This document shows positions 37,807-51,014 of a stretch of 64,000 bases of DNA, piece by piece. The notes under the pieces were generated by a model, which saw nothing but the letters and a program-made list of their open reading frames with translations, was not told where the DNA came from and did not search any database. The stretch is taken from positions 37,822,001-37,886,000 of the forward strand of contig NC_086109.1 in assembly GCF_963921235.1 (NCBI RefSeq), given 5' to 3'. This DNA is from Mobula hypostoma. Taxonomy: Eukaryota. Both the position numbers and the translations under genes were made by a program. How positions within the stretch are numbered: position 1 is the first letter of the stretch; the number at the start of each line of letters is the position of its first letter.

Positions 37807-38519
37807 AAATTGATGGAGGAGTGGACAGTGAGAGACTAACAGATCTGTGGGAGTGACTCAGATGACTTTCTAATGAGGGCCAAAGAAATATTCTGTTCTA
37901 TCTGAAAGAATTAGCCTGGGACAGAATCATGCGTGAATCCTGTTTGTCCATAAGCACAAACGATTTTGCATTTTGAAGAACGGAAACCGTGAAGGAATTC
38001 TATTCGGTACTAAATTACAGGTTAGGGGTTGGGAAGAAACACTGAGAGAAGGGTAGTATGCAGAGGGGGAGTAAGGTGGCTGGAACAGGAGTAAATGATT
38101 GTGGGGGGGTGAATGCAGGGGTGGTGAGGGTGGGTGGAGGGAACAGGCAGGAAGAGGATAAAAGTGTGGGTATCAATTAATGGGTATATGTGGGTGTCCA
38201 AGGACATTTGCAGTCAGGGAATAAAATGAGTCACCAAGGACAACTCAAAGGACAAGCTATGCCAAAATAGACGATCAAGCAATGGCCAAATTGTGGTTGT
38301 ATCCTTTTAAGTAAAGAGAAAATGGAACTACACCCCCCAATAAAGGCCTGACTTAGTATGTGAAATAAGGGATTTTGCACATCAATATCCAAATGTTGTA
38401 GCATGCCATCTATGGTCATTATACATGCCCATAGTTTCCCTGGATATTTACCTTGTACGATTGGCAGATACAGAACAGAAATCCTCAAGAGCTCTACCAG
38501 CAATCTGATTTAAATTCTA

Positions 38520-39210
38520 AGAGTCAAAGTACATTTATTATCAGAATATGTATACAGCATACAACCCTGAGGTTCGTCTTCCCACAGGTAGCCATGGAAT
38601 GAAGGAAACACCATGGAACTCTTTCAAAGGTAACATCAAACGCGTGACAAAAAGGACAATCACGCAAATGGCAAAATATGAGCAAATAACACACATAGTA
38701 TCAAATATCTAAATATCAAACAGTCCAGGACTGTTCAGTTCCATTCAGTTTAGCACTGTGTTGTTCATTGACTGCAGGCCTCATAGACAGTCTGCGCTGA
38801 GGTGCCCTGATCAAATCATGCAAACCAGCAAAACAAAAAGAGCAACCAGAAACCACAGGCACAGGCACTAAACACGAATTGGCAAGGTCCTCCACAACAG
38901 TCCCACAGCCATGAGCCTCGCCAATCAATCCTTGCAGCATGGACCCAAGGCTCCTCAATCTTTCTCAGGTGTGAGAGGACAAAGGAGAATGCTCAAATGG
39001 AAGTGGACATTGTGAACTCCCACTTTCCTTCCGAACTCATCCTCGTCGATTTTCAATTTTGCCTGACGCCTTAATTGGTGCTGAGTAATGGATCTGATCA
39101 TGAGATCGGACTCCACCATTAGGCTGCACAGACCGCTCTCAACCTTCCCGAACTTCTCCCGTTACAGCAAAAGTGCCCAGTTGGCCCAAGAACTGCCATC
39201 AAAATCTAAA
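38520..39210 (-). mobile_element. Unclassified retroelement 3' region
   Basis: Begins tcaaagtacatttattatca..accctgag, related to 17137-17220. Confidence 0.4.
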
Positions 39211-39228
39211 CTACAGGCTGTAATTGCA

Positions 39229-39436
39229 AACAACAGGAATTCTGCAGATGCTGGAAATTCAAGCAACACACATCAAAGTTGCTGGTGAACGCAGCAGGCC
39301 AGGCAGCATCTCTAGGAAGAAGTACAGTCGACGTTTCAGGCTGAGACCCTTCGTGTCTCAGCCTGAAATGTTGACTGTACTTCTTCCTAGAAATGCTGCC
39401 TGGCCTGCTGTGTTCACCAGCAACTGTGATGTGTGT
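39229..39436. mobile_element. PLE terminal-repeat fold-back unit
   Basis: About 85-bp near-perfect inverted arms; perfect TSD ggctgtaattgca at 39216-39228 and 39437-39449. Confidence 0.93.
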
Positions 39437-40329
39437 GGCTGTAATTGCATGCAGTTCAGTTGAAGAAGCATATTTAAAAGAAAAATGAAGAAGAAGTAGT
39501 AGTTTTTTGAACTGACTACAGGTCATCACTGTTGGTTGTGCTGGTTGCTAGTGTCTTCTTGAGATAGCGATCTGATCGTGTTTAGCAATTTTTTTGAGAA
39601 AATTCATCACGTGTGCTTAATAGCATTTTACTCCACAATAGGATTTCTAAGTCATACCAACAGATAGTACCTTGGTTTAATATTATCCAATTTTCATATA
39701 AAAGGCAGCGATAAATGATGAACTTTCGTAAAATCTATAATTGATTGATATTTTTCATGTTAGTACCCGCCTCTGGTGCAATAATACGCTAATGTACTCA
39801 CATGTAGGTGAGTGGAGTAGGTTTTCAGCTATAATTAAATTATGATTACTAATAATGAAAATCTAAACCCTAATTATATTTTTCAATGCTTCATAAAAAA
39901 CAGTGAAAAGGTCCAAGGTTTATTAAAAACTAATGCCCCCAGCCATAAACTATTTGCTCACCAGCAGCATAGTAACTTAATAATAATATTATCATGTTAT
40001 AACAGCATTAGTTAATTCCAGTACAATGGTAGGAAGCTGTCCCTGGGTCATAAGTATTTGTTTTGTAAAGTTTTACAGTTAGTCACACAGGTCAGGATCC
40101 TAACCTGAAGAAGCACAAAATGTATTCATTTCAAGTTCACAGATAGTTCACAATGCGTCTGAAATAGTCAAACTGTTCTGAGACCATGCTTAGCACATGT
40201 TCCACAATTTCAGCCTGACAATTTTGGATCTTGAATCTTTAGCTAATATTCAATTTAGCTGCTTTAATATAATGAGCCAGGTGTAATGGATGGATTAGCT
40301 TTATTTGTCACATATTCTTCGAAACAAAC

Positions 40330-41053
40330 CTTGTGCAGACCAACCTAAAGGTTAACTTGCAGGTAGAGTCGGTGGTGAGGAAGGCAAATGCAATGTTAGC
40401 ATTCATTTCAAACGTTCAAGAATACAAGAGCAAGGATGTGATGCTAAGGTTTTATAAGGCACTAGTGAGGCCTCACCTTGAGTATTGTGAACAGTTCTGG
40501 GCTCCTTATCTAAGAAAAGATGTGCTGGCTTTGGAGAGGGTTCAGAGAAGGTTCACAAGGATGATTCTGGGAATTAAAGGTTTATCATACGAGGAACGTT
40601 TGATAATTCTGAGTCTGTACTTGCTGGAATTTAGAAGGATGAGGGTGGAGGTTCTCACTGAAGCCTTTCAAATGTTGAAAGGCCTAGACATGGTAGATGT
40701 GGAAAGGATGATTCCCATGGTGGGGGATTTTAAGACAAGAGGGCACAGCCTCGGGATAGAGGGGTCTCCATTCAAAACAGAGATGTGGAGAAATTTCTTT
40801 AGACAGAGGGTGGTGAATTTGTGGAATTTATTACCACAGTCAGCTGTGGAGGCCAGGTCATTGGCTGCATTTAAGGTAGAGCTTGATAGGTTTTTTGATT
40901 GGACATGACTTCAAAGGTTACGGGGAGAAGGCTGGGGAGTGGGGCTGAAGAAAGGAGAAAAAAAGGATCAGCCATGATTGCATGGTGGAGCAGACTCAAT
41001 AGGCCAAAATAGACTAATTCTGCTCCTTTGTCTTATGGTCTTATGGTCTTATG
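40330..41053 (+). mobile_element. CR1 LINE 3' end
   Basis: ORF 40333-40908 (LVRPHLEYC, LERVQRRFTRM); (tcttatgg)n tail. Confidence 0.95.
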
Positions 41054-41328
41054 AGATGCTTCATTTGCGTCAAATCCAATCAGCGAGGTTTGTGCAGAGC
41101 AGCCCACAAGTGTTGCCACACTTCCTGTGCTAACCCCTGGCATGTCCAGAATTCATTAGCCCTAATTGTATGTCTTTGGAATGTGGGAGGAAACCAGAGC
41201 ACCTGGAGGAACTCCACGCGAGTCACGGGGAGAAGGTACATGCCCCTTACAGACAGAGGTGGTTGTCAAACCCTGATCTTACAGCTGGCGCACCAAAAAG
41301 AGTTGCACTATCTGCTACACTACGCTCA
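41054..41328 (-). mobile_element. HE1/V-type SINE; tail continues at about 40293-40329 beyond the CR1
   Basis: tgtgggaggaaaccagagcacctggagg V domain in reverse. Confidence 0.8.
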
Positions 41329-41559
41329 CAAGTATCTAATTTTGAAGAGTGCCATTAAATATTTCTTTGCTGGCCTTTTCTAGATATTTTGACTAAAGAT
41401 GAATTCAAGGGTGATGAGGCAGAATCAACAAGGTTCTGTTCAAGACAGAGAGTTTGTGCAATAGCAGAGGGTGGTACCACTGATCCGAAAATCCTGAAAT
41501 GTAGAGAGAAACAAACGACTTGTGGATCATAGCTGAAGCAACAAGCTCTTCCAAAAAGG

Positions 41560-41870
41560 CAGCATTTGTAGCATAGTAGTTAGCACAATGCTTTACAGCA
41601 ACAGCAATCACCTGATGGGGTTCAATTCCTCGCACCGCATGTAAGGAGTTTCTCCCCATGACCACATGCATTGCCTGCAGGTGCTCCGGTTCCCTCCCAC
41701 GTTTCAAAGACCTAGAGTTAGGGTTAGGGAGTTGTGGGCATTTTATGTTGGTGCTCGCAGTGTGGCAGCATTTGCGGGCAGTCCAGCACAGTCATCGCTG
41801 GTTTCATTTAATGCAAATAACACATTTCGCTGTATTTTTCAATGTACATGTGAGAAATAAAGCTAATCTT
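41560..41870 (+). mobile_element. HE1/V-type SINE
   Basis: tagcatagtagttagc head, gttcaattcc, ggtgctccggttccctcccac, aataaagctaatct tail. Confidence 0.85.
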
Positions 41871-42161
41871 CAATCCAACATTAATAGTAAAGATAAATAG
41901 TTCTTGATAAATATGGTGCCATGAGCTCATTAAATCTTGGGCCAAATGCTCCTATTCCTATTTTGTATGTCTATTTGTATGCTTCTACAATCACAGTGTT
42001 GGTTTTACGATTTCAAAATGTTGTTGTGCTCTGTATAACAATCATACAAATACCATATGAAGAATTGTAAAAGCAACTTGAAAAGAAGTTGATGATAAAG
42101 TCTGCGTATCTTCTCATCGCTACTTATTTAGCCAGTCAATCACTTACTCCATTCTGATTGC

Positions 42162-42583
42162 TGTTGTGCGAATGAAGTTGCTGGAAGAAAGTACTGGTAG
42201 GTATGAAGCAGCTTCTTTATTCAACAAAACAAGGCACAGCAGGCATCATACACAGACACTTTCGGTCGAAAGGTCTGGCTGACCCAAAATGGGGCTTGAT
42301 ATTTTATGTGCTAAAAATCAAAGGACCATCCATATTTACAATGCATCCACAATGCTTTCTTTGAAACTACACACAAACTTCACACGCCAGATTTGCACCC
42401 ACACCACAGACATCCAAATGAATTTTAATCAGCATTGTCTGGTCTGGGATTCACGGCTTTTAGGAATACATTGTTTAGAGCTGCACTTCAAATTAAATCC
42501 ATGATACATATTCAGATGTGAAGAGTGGTAGCCAAAATTATTTGTTAAATGTAAGTGTACTAAACCCCTAAATCACTCTAACA
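42162..42583 (-). mobile_element. Probable solo LTR
   Basis: tgtt...aaca termini, minus-strand AATAAA at about 42217; TSD not clear. Confidence 0.5.
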
Positions 42584-43504
42584 GTGATATATGCAATTTT
42601 ATTATAATTGACAAAATGTAATTTTCCTTGATTTTAATATTTCATGACAATGAGAGAATTTGTAATTGAATAATGAAATTCAACATCAAAGTGACTATTG
42701 AGCTTGTCTAAAAGCACATTTCGGGTACACACATGTTCTGTACCAGCATGGTGATGTTGAAAAATTGAGTACAAACAAAAGGAACATTCTGAGAATAGCT
42801 TTGTTTTATTTTCTTGCAAGATGCTATACAATTACTTTCTGGACACTGTTTAAAAACTAATTCAATTTCACTGCCAGTTTCCTTTATTACTTGTAGACTC
42901 ATTTACCAGTACATCAATCCTTATTAACCTTGCCTGCTGGTATTGAGCCAACAATTCATTGCTAACACTTCACAAATACATGATTAAGTTTAAGGTTTTC
43001 CCTAGGAATTTACCCGACCGCATTAAAATCTGCCAATTGTCACTTTGGATCTGTTGGAGTTTCACTCAAGCAGATACACAACCAAAGTAACAACAGAATA
43101 TCTCCCAGATGTGGATTAAATTTTTCACAACTGTTTGGATTTATATATTGCTTTTACTGTATTAAATGATCCAAGGAATTTAAAGAAATGAGTTTACAAT
43201 GGAACTGCTTGGCACATTTGCATCAACATAAATCTCAAACATATCACTTAAACCCCATAGGAAGTAACTGGACAATTAACCAAACCAGGGTGTAATTATG
43301 GTCCACAATGACTGCCTGGATAGGATTGCACTGAATGCTCAATTTTCATACTTCCTAGTTTTGTAATCCACCTAACTAAAAGGGAAAGTCAAGCTCTGGA
43401 GGTCATGTAAAATAGCTGATATTGGATTAAACTTTGATTGTCTGTCCTCATTTTTCCCCTTTTCCTCTAAATAGAGAATCAAGCAGGATAATCCCTCACA
43501 AACA

Positions 43505-43668
43505 ATCCACTTGCCCACCCAACCAACTATATCTCGTCCCCTTCCTTTCCAGTCCTGACGAAGGGTCTCAGCTGGATATGTCAACTTTTTATTCCCCCTC
43601 CAAATAGGCTGATTGACTTAATCAGTTCCTCCTTAAATTTGTGTGTGAGTGTGCGTGTGTGTGTTGCA
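43505..43668 (+). mobile_element. PLE terminal repeat fragment with decayed hammerhead
   Basis: agtcctgacgaagggtctcag at 43551. Confidence 0.8.
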
Positions 43669-45136
43669 AACATTTTAACATGTAAATTTTCACATTTTTA
43701 AGGCAATTGTTAGAGATATTTCTTTGGATTATTCTCTTCAATCTTATGTACATCTATTAGAAATTGAACCTCACTGCACTGTAAAACTGGAGAAGGTAAA
43801 AATGAACAGGGGCAAATAAAGTGAAATGCTGGTAATAGAATCCTTGCATTTATAGAATCACATCATTAACAGGCCCATACATCTTACCCATACACATTCT
43901 TTGTAATAGTTGATGAAGGTTTAAGATAAGGCAATGTAATAAAAATGGATAGGTCTGAACAATATCATGGAGCGAGTTGGATGAATGACTGTTCACAAAT
44001 AACTCCAACCACAATTGAACCAAAATTCGATGAATCATTGAGGATATAATATAAATTGTATATTCATTTTTATTCAGAATTAGAACCTGGTTTTTAATTA
44101 CGGTTGTAAAAATGGAAAGAGTCCTGGCCTGCAACTGAAGTTTAAAGAAAATGATTCAGCCACAGGCCATAAAAGCTGAAATTTGTCATTCTCAGACTTG
44201 TTAAAAGAGTAATATATTGCACTAGTATTTGCCACCTGCCAGCAAGAGGCAGCTGTTCATTGAGAGAAATCACCCTAATAACAAACATAGGTGAACTCGA
44301 CTATATGAACGAATGACGAATGCAACGTGAGGGAACAAAAGTCTAATATAGTTTATATGGGATTGAGAATTGACTTATGACCACTTCAGTTCTAAGACCT
44401 TGATGATAAATATGTGGGTTTGCCATTGCCCAGCAGCCACTAGAACTGACAGAGTGAGGTCTTGGTTTAATGCAAAAGTGGTGCAAAGTATAGGAGACCT
44501 GTGCATGATGCACATACATACATGTACATACCCACACATGGGTACAGACACAGTTGCACAACTTCCTTCAAACTCTTTCCTTCATATCCCCTACTTGGAT
44601 GCTCTTCTTTTTTTCTTGGCTTCTCTGCTTTCATCTCCCTACACTTAACAGTTTTCTGCAGTTTAAGTCTCTGGGTTGTCACCCATCTGACCTCCATCCT
44701 TCCTCACTCACCTCCTCACTCCACTTCACACTGGACCCTCCTGTTCTCTACCCAACCTCCCGCATCTTTTCAGCTGCTGGCAGTTCACTCTCTAAAAGTA
44801 TGAGGCAGGCTGCCCAATGTTGACACCCAGCCTCTTCAGGTTTATTCCCTGATTGTTAATAACCCTCCTGACCAACGCAGCCACACTACAGAAAGCATTC
44901 AGCCTGGCATAGAACCCTTGAATCATTAACTGAATCATCAGGACAGATGGTCTAAACATGTGCTGACATTTTATGAAAATGAAAAGGTCTCAGATTTACA
45001 GTAACTGTGTTATTGCCATTGGTGAAACCTTTCTTGATTAATGACTGGTTAAAGAAAAAAAATTGAAATACTATAATGTGATAGATTTACATGTATTTTT
45101 GATATTTTCAAGATGTTAGCTATAGCATCTATAACA

Positions 45137-45268
45137 GGACCTGATGAAGGGTCTTGGCCTGAAACGTCGCTGGTACTCTTTTCCATGGATGCTTTCTAGC
45201 CTGCTGAATTTCTCCAGCATTTTGTGTGTGTTGCTTGGATTTCCAGCATCTGCAGATTTTCTCTTGTT
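45137..45268 (+). mobile_element. Short PLE terminal piece starting at the hammerhead
   Basis: cctgatgaagggtcttggcctgaaacgtc core intact, stem I weak; followed by the tail. Confidence 0.85.
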
Positions 45269-46089
45269 GATAATAATATTCAGGTTGCAGTCATTGTTTA
45301 CACCATTTAAGTTCAAGAAATTATCATAAGGAGAAATGAAAATCCATATACCTTTATTTTCTAAGCACCAACATTCAAGCATCAAATCTTTCCTTTTAAA
45401 ATCCTGTAGGGACCACTAGACACTTGACTGAAATAAGCCAAGCAGTGGCTATTGGAGAAGGTCAAAGGCTGACTGTTCTGTTTTGAGTTATTGGCTCACT
45501 AAAACCTTTCTTATCACCTACATGTCAAGAGCTGGTGGAGAACTTCACACATGCCTGTATTATTCCAGATCTAATAACTCTCTAAATTCAACATCTTCAA
45601 GTTCAGAACAGGGTTTACTTTAATTAGGTACAAGTGTATGCATAAGAATTTGAGGAATTCCAAATAGTGTGAGGTAGCATAATTACTGAGACGGAACTGT
45701 GAGGAAATATGCCCAGCTTCCTGTGTTAACAGAGCAGGATGTTATCAGCCGGTTTTTATAAAATGAATTTAGCGTTTACCTCTGAATGTAATAATGCACA
45801 AATGAGGAGTGCAGCATATTAATAAAGTGGTCAGACTTCAGGAACAGTCAGTTGTCAGACCTTGTACGATTATTTTTTTCCTCCTTTACTTACTTAATTT
45901 TCTCCAACATCCATTATACCCAAAGAAACTTGGGCCTATTGAGCATGTGCTGCTCCAGGGTTTTCTGCTAAAGGGCCTTGTTGTGGCCTCACCCTTAACA
46001 GGATCTAAGGTCTTCCAGTTTTCAGGTTTTCCATGGAGCTATTAAGCAGAACCCCTAGCAGGATTTGAAGCCACTTATTCAGCAAATGT

Positions 46090-46491
46090 AAACACGAGGA
46101 AATCTGCAGATGCTGGAATTTCAAGCAACACACATAAAAGTTGCTGGTGAACACAGCAGGCCAGGCAGCATCTCTAGGAAGAGGTACAGTCAATGTTTTG
46201 GGCCGAGACCCTTCGTCAGGACTAACAGAAAGAAGAGCTAGTATTGAAAGTGGGAGGGAGAGGGGGAGATACGAAATGATTGGAGAAGGCAGGAGGGGGA
46301 GGGATGGAGCCAAGAGCTGGACAGTTGATTGGCAAAAGGGATATGAGAGGATCATGGGACAGGAGGCCTAAGGAGAAAGAAAAGGGGGGGGGGAACCCAG
46401 AGGATGGGCAAGGGGTATAGTGGGAGGGACAGAGGGAGAAAAAAGAGAGAGAGAAAAAGAATGTGTTTATATGAATAAATAATGGATAGGG
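46090..46491 (-). mobile_element. PLE terminal repeat, 12-bp TSD
   Basis: Close copy of 11250-11622 plus tail; TSD ttcagcaaatgt at 46078-46089 and 46492-46503. Confidence 0.95.
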
Positions 46492-47055
46492 TTCAGCAAA
46501 TGTGTTTGGTGTGATCGATACTCACTTCTTGGTCAGAAGGCTCTTGGATTTTTGCAAAGCTCACTTTCTAAGCACAGCAGCTGTCACTTGTAAGATCACA
46601 AACAGTTGTAATTAAGCTTTCAACACATCAACAAATTTACACTTTCAAACAAAACAACAAATCTACGCAATGATCTTTGAACTAATGGAATATAATCATT
46701 AGATCCAAAGTGCTCTCCTGCACACACTTACATCATTTGTTCACCAAAAGGAGATCCAGTATCACATGCTCTCTAGATGGAACCTCTATATAATGATTAA
46801 AGAAATTTTCCTGAACACATTTGACAAACTCTGTCCCATCCAGTGATTCTAGTTTTAGAGTGCTAATCAACACATGGAAAGTTAGAATCACCGACTATCA
46901 CAAGCTTATCCTTCTTGCAACTGCCTGCTATTTCTAAAAAAAACGGTTCCTCTAAATCCTGCTAACTAGTGGGATGTCTACAATGTAATTCCTATCTCAT
47001 TCTACAGTTCCACCTACATAGCTTCAGTAGACAAACCTTCCAGTCTGTCCTGTCT

Positions 47056-47159
47056 GAAAGAAGGAAAGGAGAGAAGGGAAGAATGAAGGAAGGAAGGAAA
47101 GGAGAGAAGGAAAGGAAGGAAGGAAAGGAGAGAAGGAAGGAAGGAAGGAAAGAAAGAAA
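47056..47159 (+). repeat. Purine microsatellite (GGAA/GAAA)n
   Basis: Direct reading. Confidence 0.95.
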
Positions 47160-47329
47160 CTTACTTTAGTCCACACCTCTTCTTGATGAAGCCTTTTGAG
47201 TCAAAGCTTCAGATCCCTACTCCTATCCTAGCCCAACATTGACTGCTCTGCTTCATCCTAGCTTCTTTTTATTGTCCCTTGCCAAGTGCCTGATAAATGA
47301 AACAATCTTAAGCTCCGCAGAAAGTCAGG

Positions 47330-47705
47330 ACAGAACCTACTCTCTTTTTAAATCTGACACTTAAAGTCCACCAGCAACTGTGCCAATGAGGATTTTAAAA
47401 TCTTAACTAAAGCATCAGCAGTCTCTTCCCTTACCTCCTCAAACAGCCTGTTAACTTCCGATCCTGTAAATTTTTAAGCCTACTAAGGCATCAAGTACCA
47501 TTTAATTATTTATCGAGTCTTGTACTAGACTCTCACCTACCTACCACTTCAATGAATTCAATAACTACAAAATATATCTTCTTTTGTGAATATTGATGAA
47601 AAATACTTATTTACAACCTTACTTACAACCTTCGTCTCCACACACAGGTTATCTATGTTCCTAACGAGTCCAAAGTATTATCCATTTTGCCTTCATATAT
47701 TTATT
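47330..47705 (-). mobile_element. Very old CR1 ORF2 fragment
   Basis: Resembles 52480-52780 (aaatacttatttacaacc, tttgtgaatattgatgaaaa). Confidence 0.45.
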
Positions 47706-47962
47706 TAAATTGATAGTTGCAGAAATTCCTGAAAAATTAATGATTTAGACATTTCATCTGACTCTGTGACAGCAAACAGCAGGATACTGAAGTTTCCAAT
47801 GTGATCCACAAAAATTGTTGATCTCAGATGCATACTGGCATAGGACGTCTCTTGCTATTTGATCATCTTTCTGTGGGAGATGATACAGTTCTGTAATTGC
47901 ATCCAGCTCAGTGAGATTACACTCTGTTAGTGCATTCTTAATGGGCCAAATTGACGAATTTA

Positions 47963-48482
47963 CAGTAGAGCGAAAGTCTTAGGCGCATACGGTGTATATA
48001 GCTAGGGTGCTTAAGACTTTTACACAGTACTGTAGTAATTTTATGTATTGCACTGTACTGCTGCCACAAAAAAAAACAAACTCCATGACATTTGTGAGTG
48101 ATGATAAGCCTGATTCTGGCACTAGATCTCTATTGTGAACTGAGAGCAGGAAGGGGACAGGGAGAGGGGAATCATGATTGGGAAAAGGGGTAGGAAAAGG
48201 GGAGAGTGTGAGAAGCACCAGAGGGCCATTCTGTAATGATTAATAAAACAATTATTTCGAATCAAATGACCTTGCCTGGTGCCTCAGGGTTGGGTGTATT
48301 TGCACCCATGCCATCCTATACCACTCCGGTCCTATACCACTCCTGCAGTGCCAAACCCTTGCCATTCCGAACATCCTTTGCATCCGTCAGATTTACAAGT
48401 TTTCCGTCCGTTCCACATTGACAAAAACAGAACTGTGCAAAAGTCTTGGGCATCCTAGCTATATACATATGACCAAGACTTA
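47963..48482. mobile_element. MITE-like composite bounded by inverted Tc1-type mini-palindromes
   Basis: aaagtcttaggc..tatagctagggtgcttaagacttttacacag at left, ctgtgcaaaagtcttgggcatcctagctata at right; internal LINE-type gattctg tail. Confidence 0.7.
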
Positions 48483-48512
48483 GTTATATCAACTAAACAG
48501 ACTCACACTATA

Positions 48513-50120
48513 CAGTGGCATGCAGAGGTTTGGGCACCCCCGGTCAAAATCTCTGTTACTGTGAATAGCTAAGCGAGTAAAAGATGACCTGATTTCCAAA
48601 AGGCATAAAGTTAAAGATGTCACATTTCTTTAATATTTTAAGCAAGATTACTTTTTTTATTTCCACCTTTTACAATTTCTAAATAACAAAAAAGGAAAAG
48701 GGCCTGAAGCAAAAGTTTGGACACCCTGCATGGTCAGTACCTATAACACCCCTTTTGGCAAGTATCACAGCTTGTAAACGCTTTTTGTAGCCAGCTAAGA
48801 ATCTTTCAATTCTTGTTTAGGGGATTTTTGCCCATTCTTCCTTGCAAAAGGCTCCTAGTTCTGTGAGATTCTTGGAACGTCTTGCATGTACTGCTCTATT
48901 GAGGTCTATCCACAGATTTTCGATGATGCTTAGGTCGAGGGTCTGTGAGGGCCATGGCAAAACCTTCAGCTTGCGCCTCTTGAGGTAGTCCATTGTGGAT
49001 TTTGCGGTGTGTTTAGGATCATTATCTTGTCGTAGAAGCCATCCACTTTTCATCTCCAACTTTTTGACAGATGGTGTGATGTTTGCTTCCAGAATTTGCT
49101 GGTTATTTAATTGAATTAATTCTTCCCTCTACTAGTAAGATGTTCCCCATGCCACTGAGTGCAACACAAGCCCAAAGCATGATCGATTCACCCCCGTGCT
49201 TAACAGTTGGAGAGGTGTTCTTTTCATGAAATTCTGCACCCTTTTTTCTCCAAACATACCTTTGCTCATTCCGGCCAAAAAGTTCTATTTTAACTTCATC
49301 AGTCCACAGGACTTGTTTCCAAAATGCATCAGGCTTGCTTAGATGTTCCTTTGCAAACTTCTGATGCCGAATTTTGTGGTGAGGATGCAGGAAAGGTTTT
49401 CTTCTGATGACTCTTCCATGAAGGTCATATTTGTGCAGGTGTCACTGCACAGTAGACCAGTGCACCACCACTCCAGAGTCTGCTAAATCTTCCTGAAGGT
49501 CTTTTGCAGTCAAACGGGGTTTTGATTTGCCTTTCTAGCAATCCTATGAGCAGCTCTCTCAGAAAGTTTTCTTGGTCTTCCAGACCTCAACTTGACCTCC
49601 ACCGTTCCTGTTAACTGCCATTTCTTAATTACTTTATGAACTGAGGAAACAGCTACCTGAAAATGTTTTGCTATCTTCTTATAGCCCTCTCTCCTGCTTT
49701 GTGGGCATCATTTATTTTAATTTTCAGAGTGCTAGGCAGCTGCTTAGAGGAGCCCATGGCTGATGATTGTTTGGACAAGGTTTGAGGAATCAGGGTATTT
49801 ATAGAGCTTTGAAATTTGCATCACCTGGCCTTTCCAAATGATGACTGTGAACAAGCCATAGCCCTAACAAGCTAATTAAGGTCTGAGACCTTCATCAAAG
49901 TTATCTTGGGGTGCCCAAACATTCGCATGGTGCTCCTTTCCTTTTTTTCACTCTAAAATTGTACAAAACAAAAATAATACACTAATCTTGTGTAAAATGT
50001 TGAAAAGAATGCTTCATCTTTAACTTTATGACTTTTGGAGTTCAGTTCAACTTTTACTCACTTAATTATTCATTGCAAGAGAAATTTTGACCGGGGTGCC
50101 CAAACTTTTTCATGCCACTG
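48513..50120 (-). mobile_element. Full-length Tc1-like transposon, IR/DR type (1608 bp)
   Basis: TA|cagtggcatg ... catgccactg|TA; about 210-bp TIRs with inner DRs (~48707-48728, ~49908-49929). Confidence 0.97.
48734..49757 (-). pseudogene. Tc1 DD34E transposase with stops and frameshifts
   Basis: MGSSKQL..GYKKIA, GRPRKL, LWTDEVKIELFG, TVKHGG, QDNDPKHTAKST, WPSQTLDLSIIENLW. Confidence 0.95.
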
Positions 50121-50689
50121 TAACCGAAAATTGACAACAATCTTGCAGTAACTAAGTGACTGGTGGTAAGTAGTTGCCACACTGTTGACGGTATTGCTGC
50201 CCAGAACAGCACCATTAACACTATTAAACACACAACTGGCTGTGGTCTTGATGTATATGTTCCATACCAATGTTGCTGCAATATTTTGTACACTTTGTAA
50301 GAGGTCAAACTGAATTAAGTATCCTGAATCATGGAGGAAAATTGAAATAAAGAGGTCTTCTTTCTCGTGTTGCATTCATTTTGCTTTTGGCACAGTTTCC
50401 ATTTGACTGGAGAATTAATTGTTGAAAACTAGGCATTAAAAAGCCCGTCATCCATAGAGGTATGATCCAGCAAATTTTAATACATTACCTTACCAGAGAT
50501 CCAGTTTCTATATGCTGAGCCAAAATCCAGTTTGAAACTGATAAACAGAGTGAAACAGACAAAAACACAGCTGGGAGAAATATGGGATGCCAAACACTCA
50601 GCTAATTAGATTCTAGAAAATGATTTCATTTTCTTTCTGTGGAAGAATAACAACGTGTCAGCATGTAAATTAATCCAAAATAATTCTGA

Positions 50690-50920
50690 GCAAAAACCAT
50701 TACTTCTGCCATCTTGATTCAACTCTCATTTAACCTTCAAGGAGAACCAGATGTGAAAATCGGCAAAGCCACTTTAATCTTTGGGAAACTTACATCATTT
50801 GTAAAGAAAAATATGCTGTTGACAATGCACAGAGAGATGTTTACTATTTTGTCATATGTCCTTAATGCCCTCTACTATAGCTATGAAAGCTGGGTCACAT
50901 TCTCCAAGAGATGTGATAGC
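50690..50920 (+). mobile_element. Ancient RTE-like RT C-terminal fragment
   Basis: KIGKATLIFGKL...LYYSYESW in ORF 50714-50953. Confidence 0.55.
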
Positions 50921-51014
50921 TTCCAAAATTGCTGGAAGGTGTTCAATCTCTGATAGTGGCAGAATGGTGCTTAACATCTATAGACTATGTTGAGATGTGT
51001 GGATTGTTTATGAC

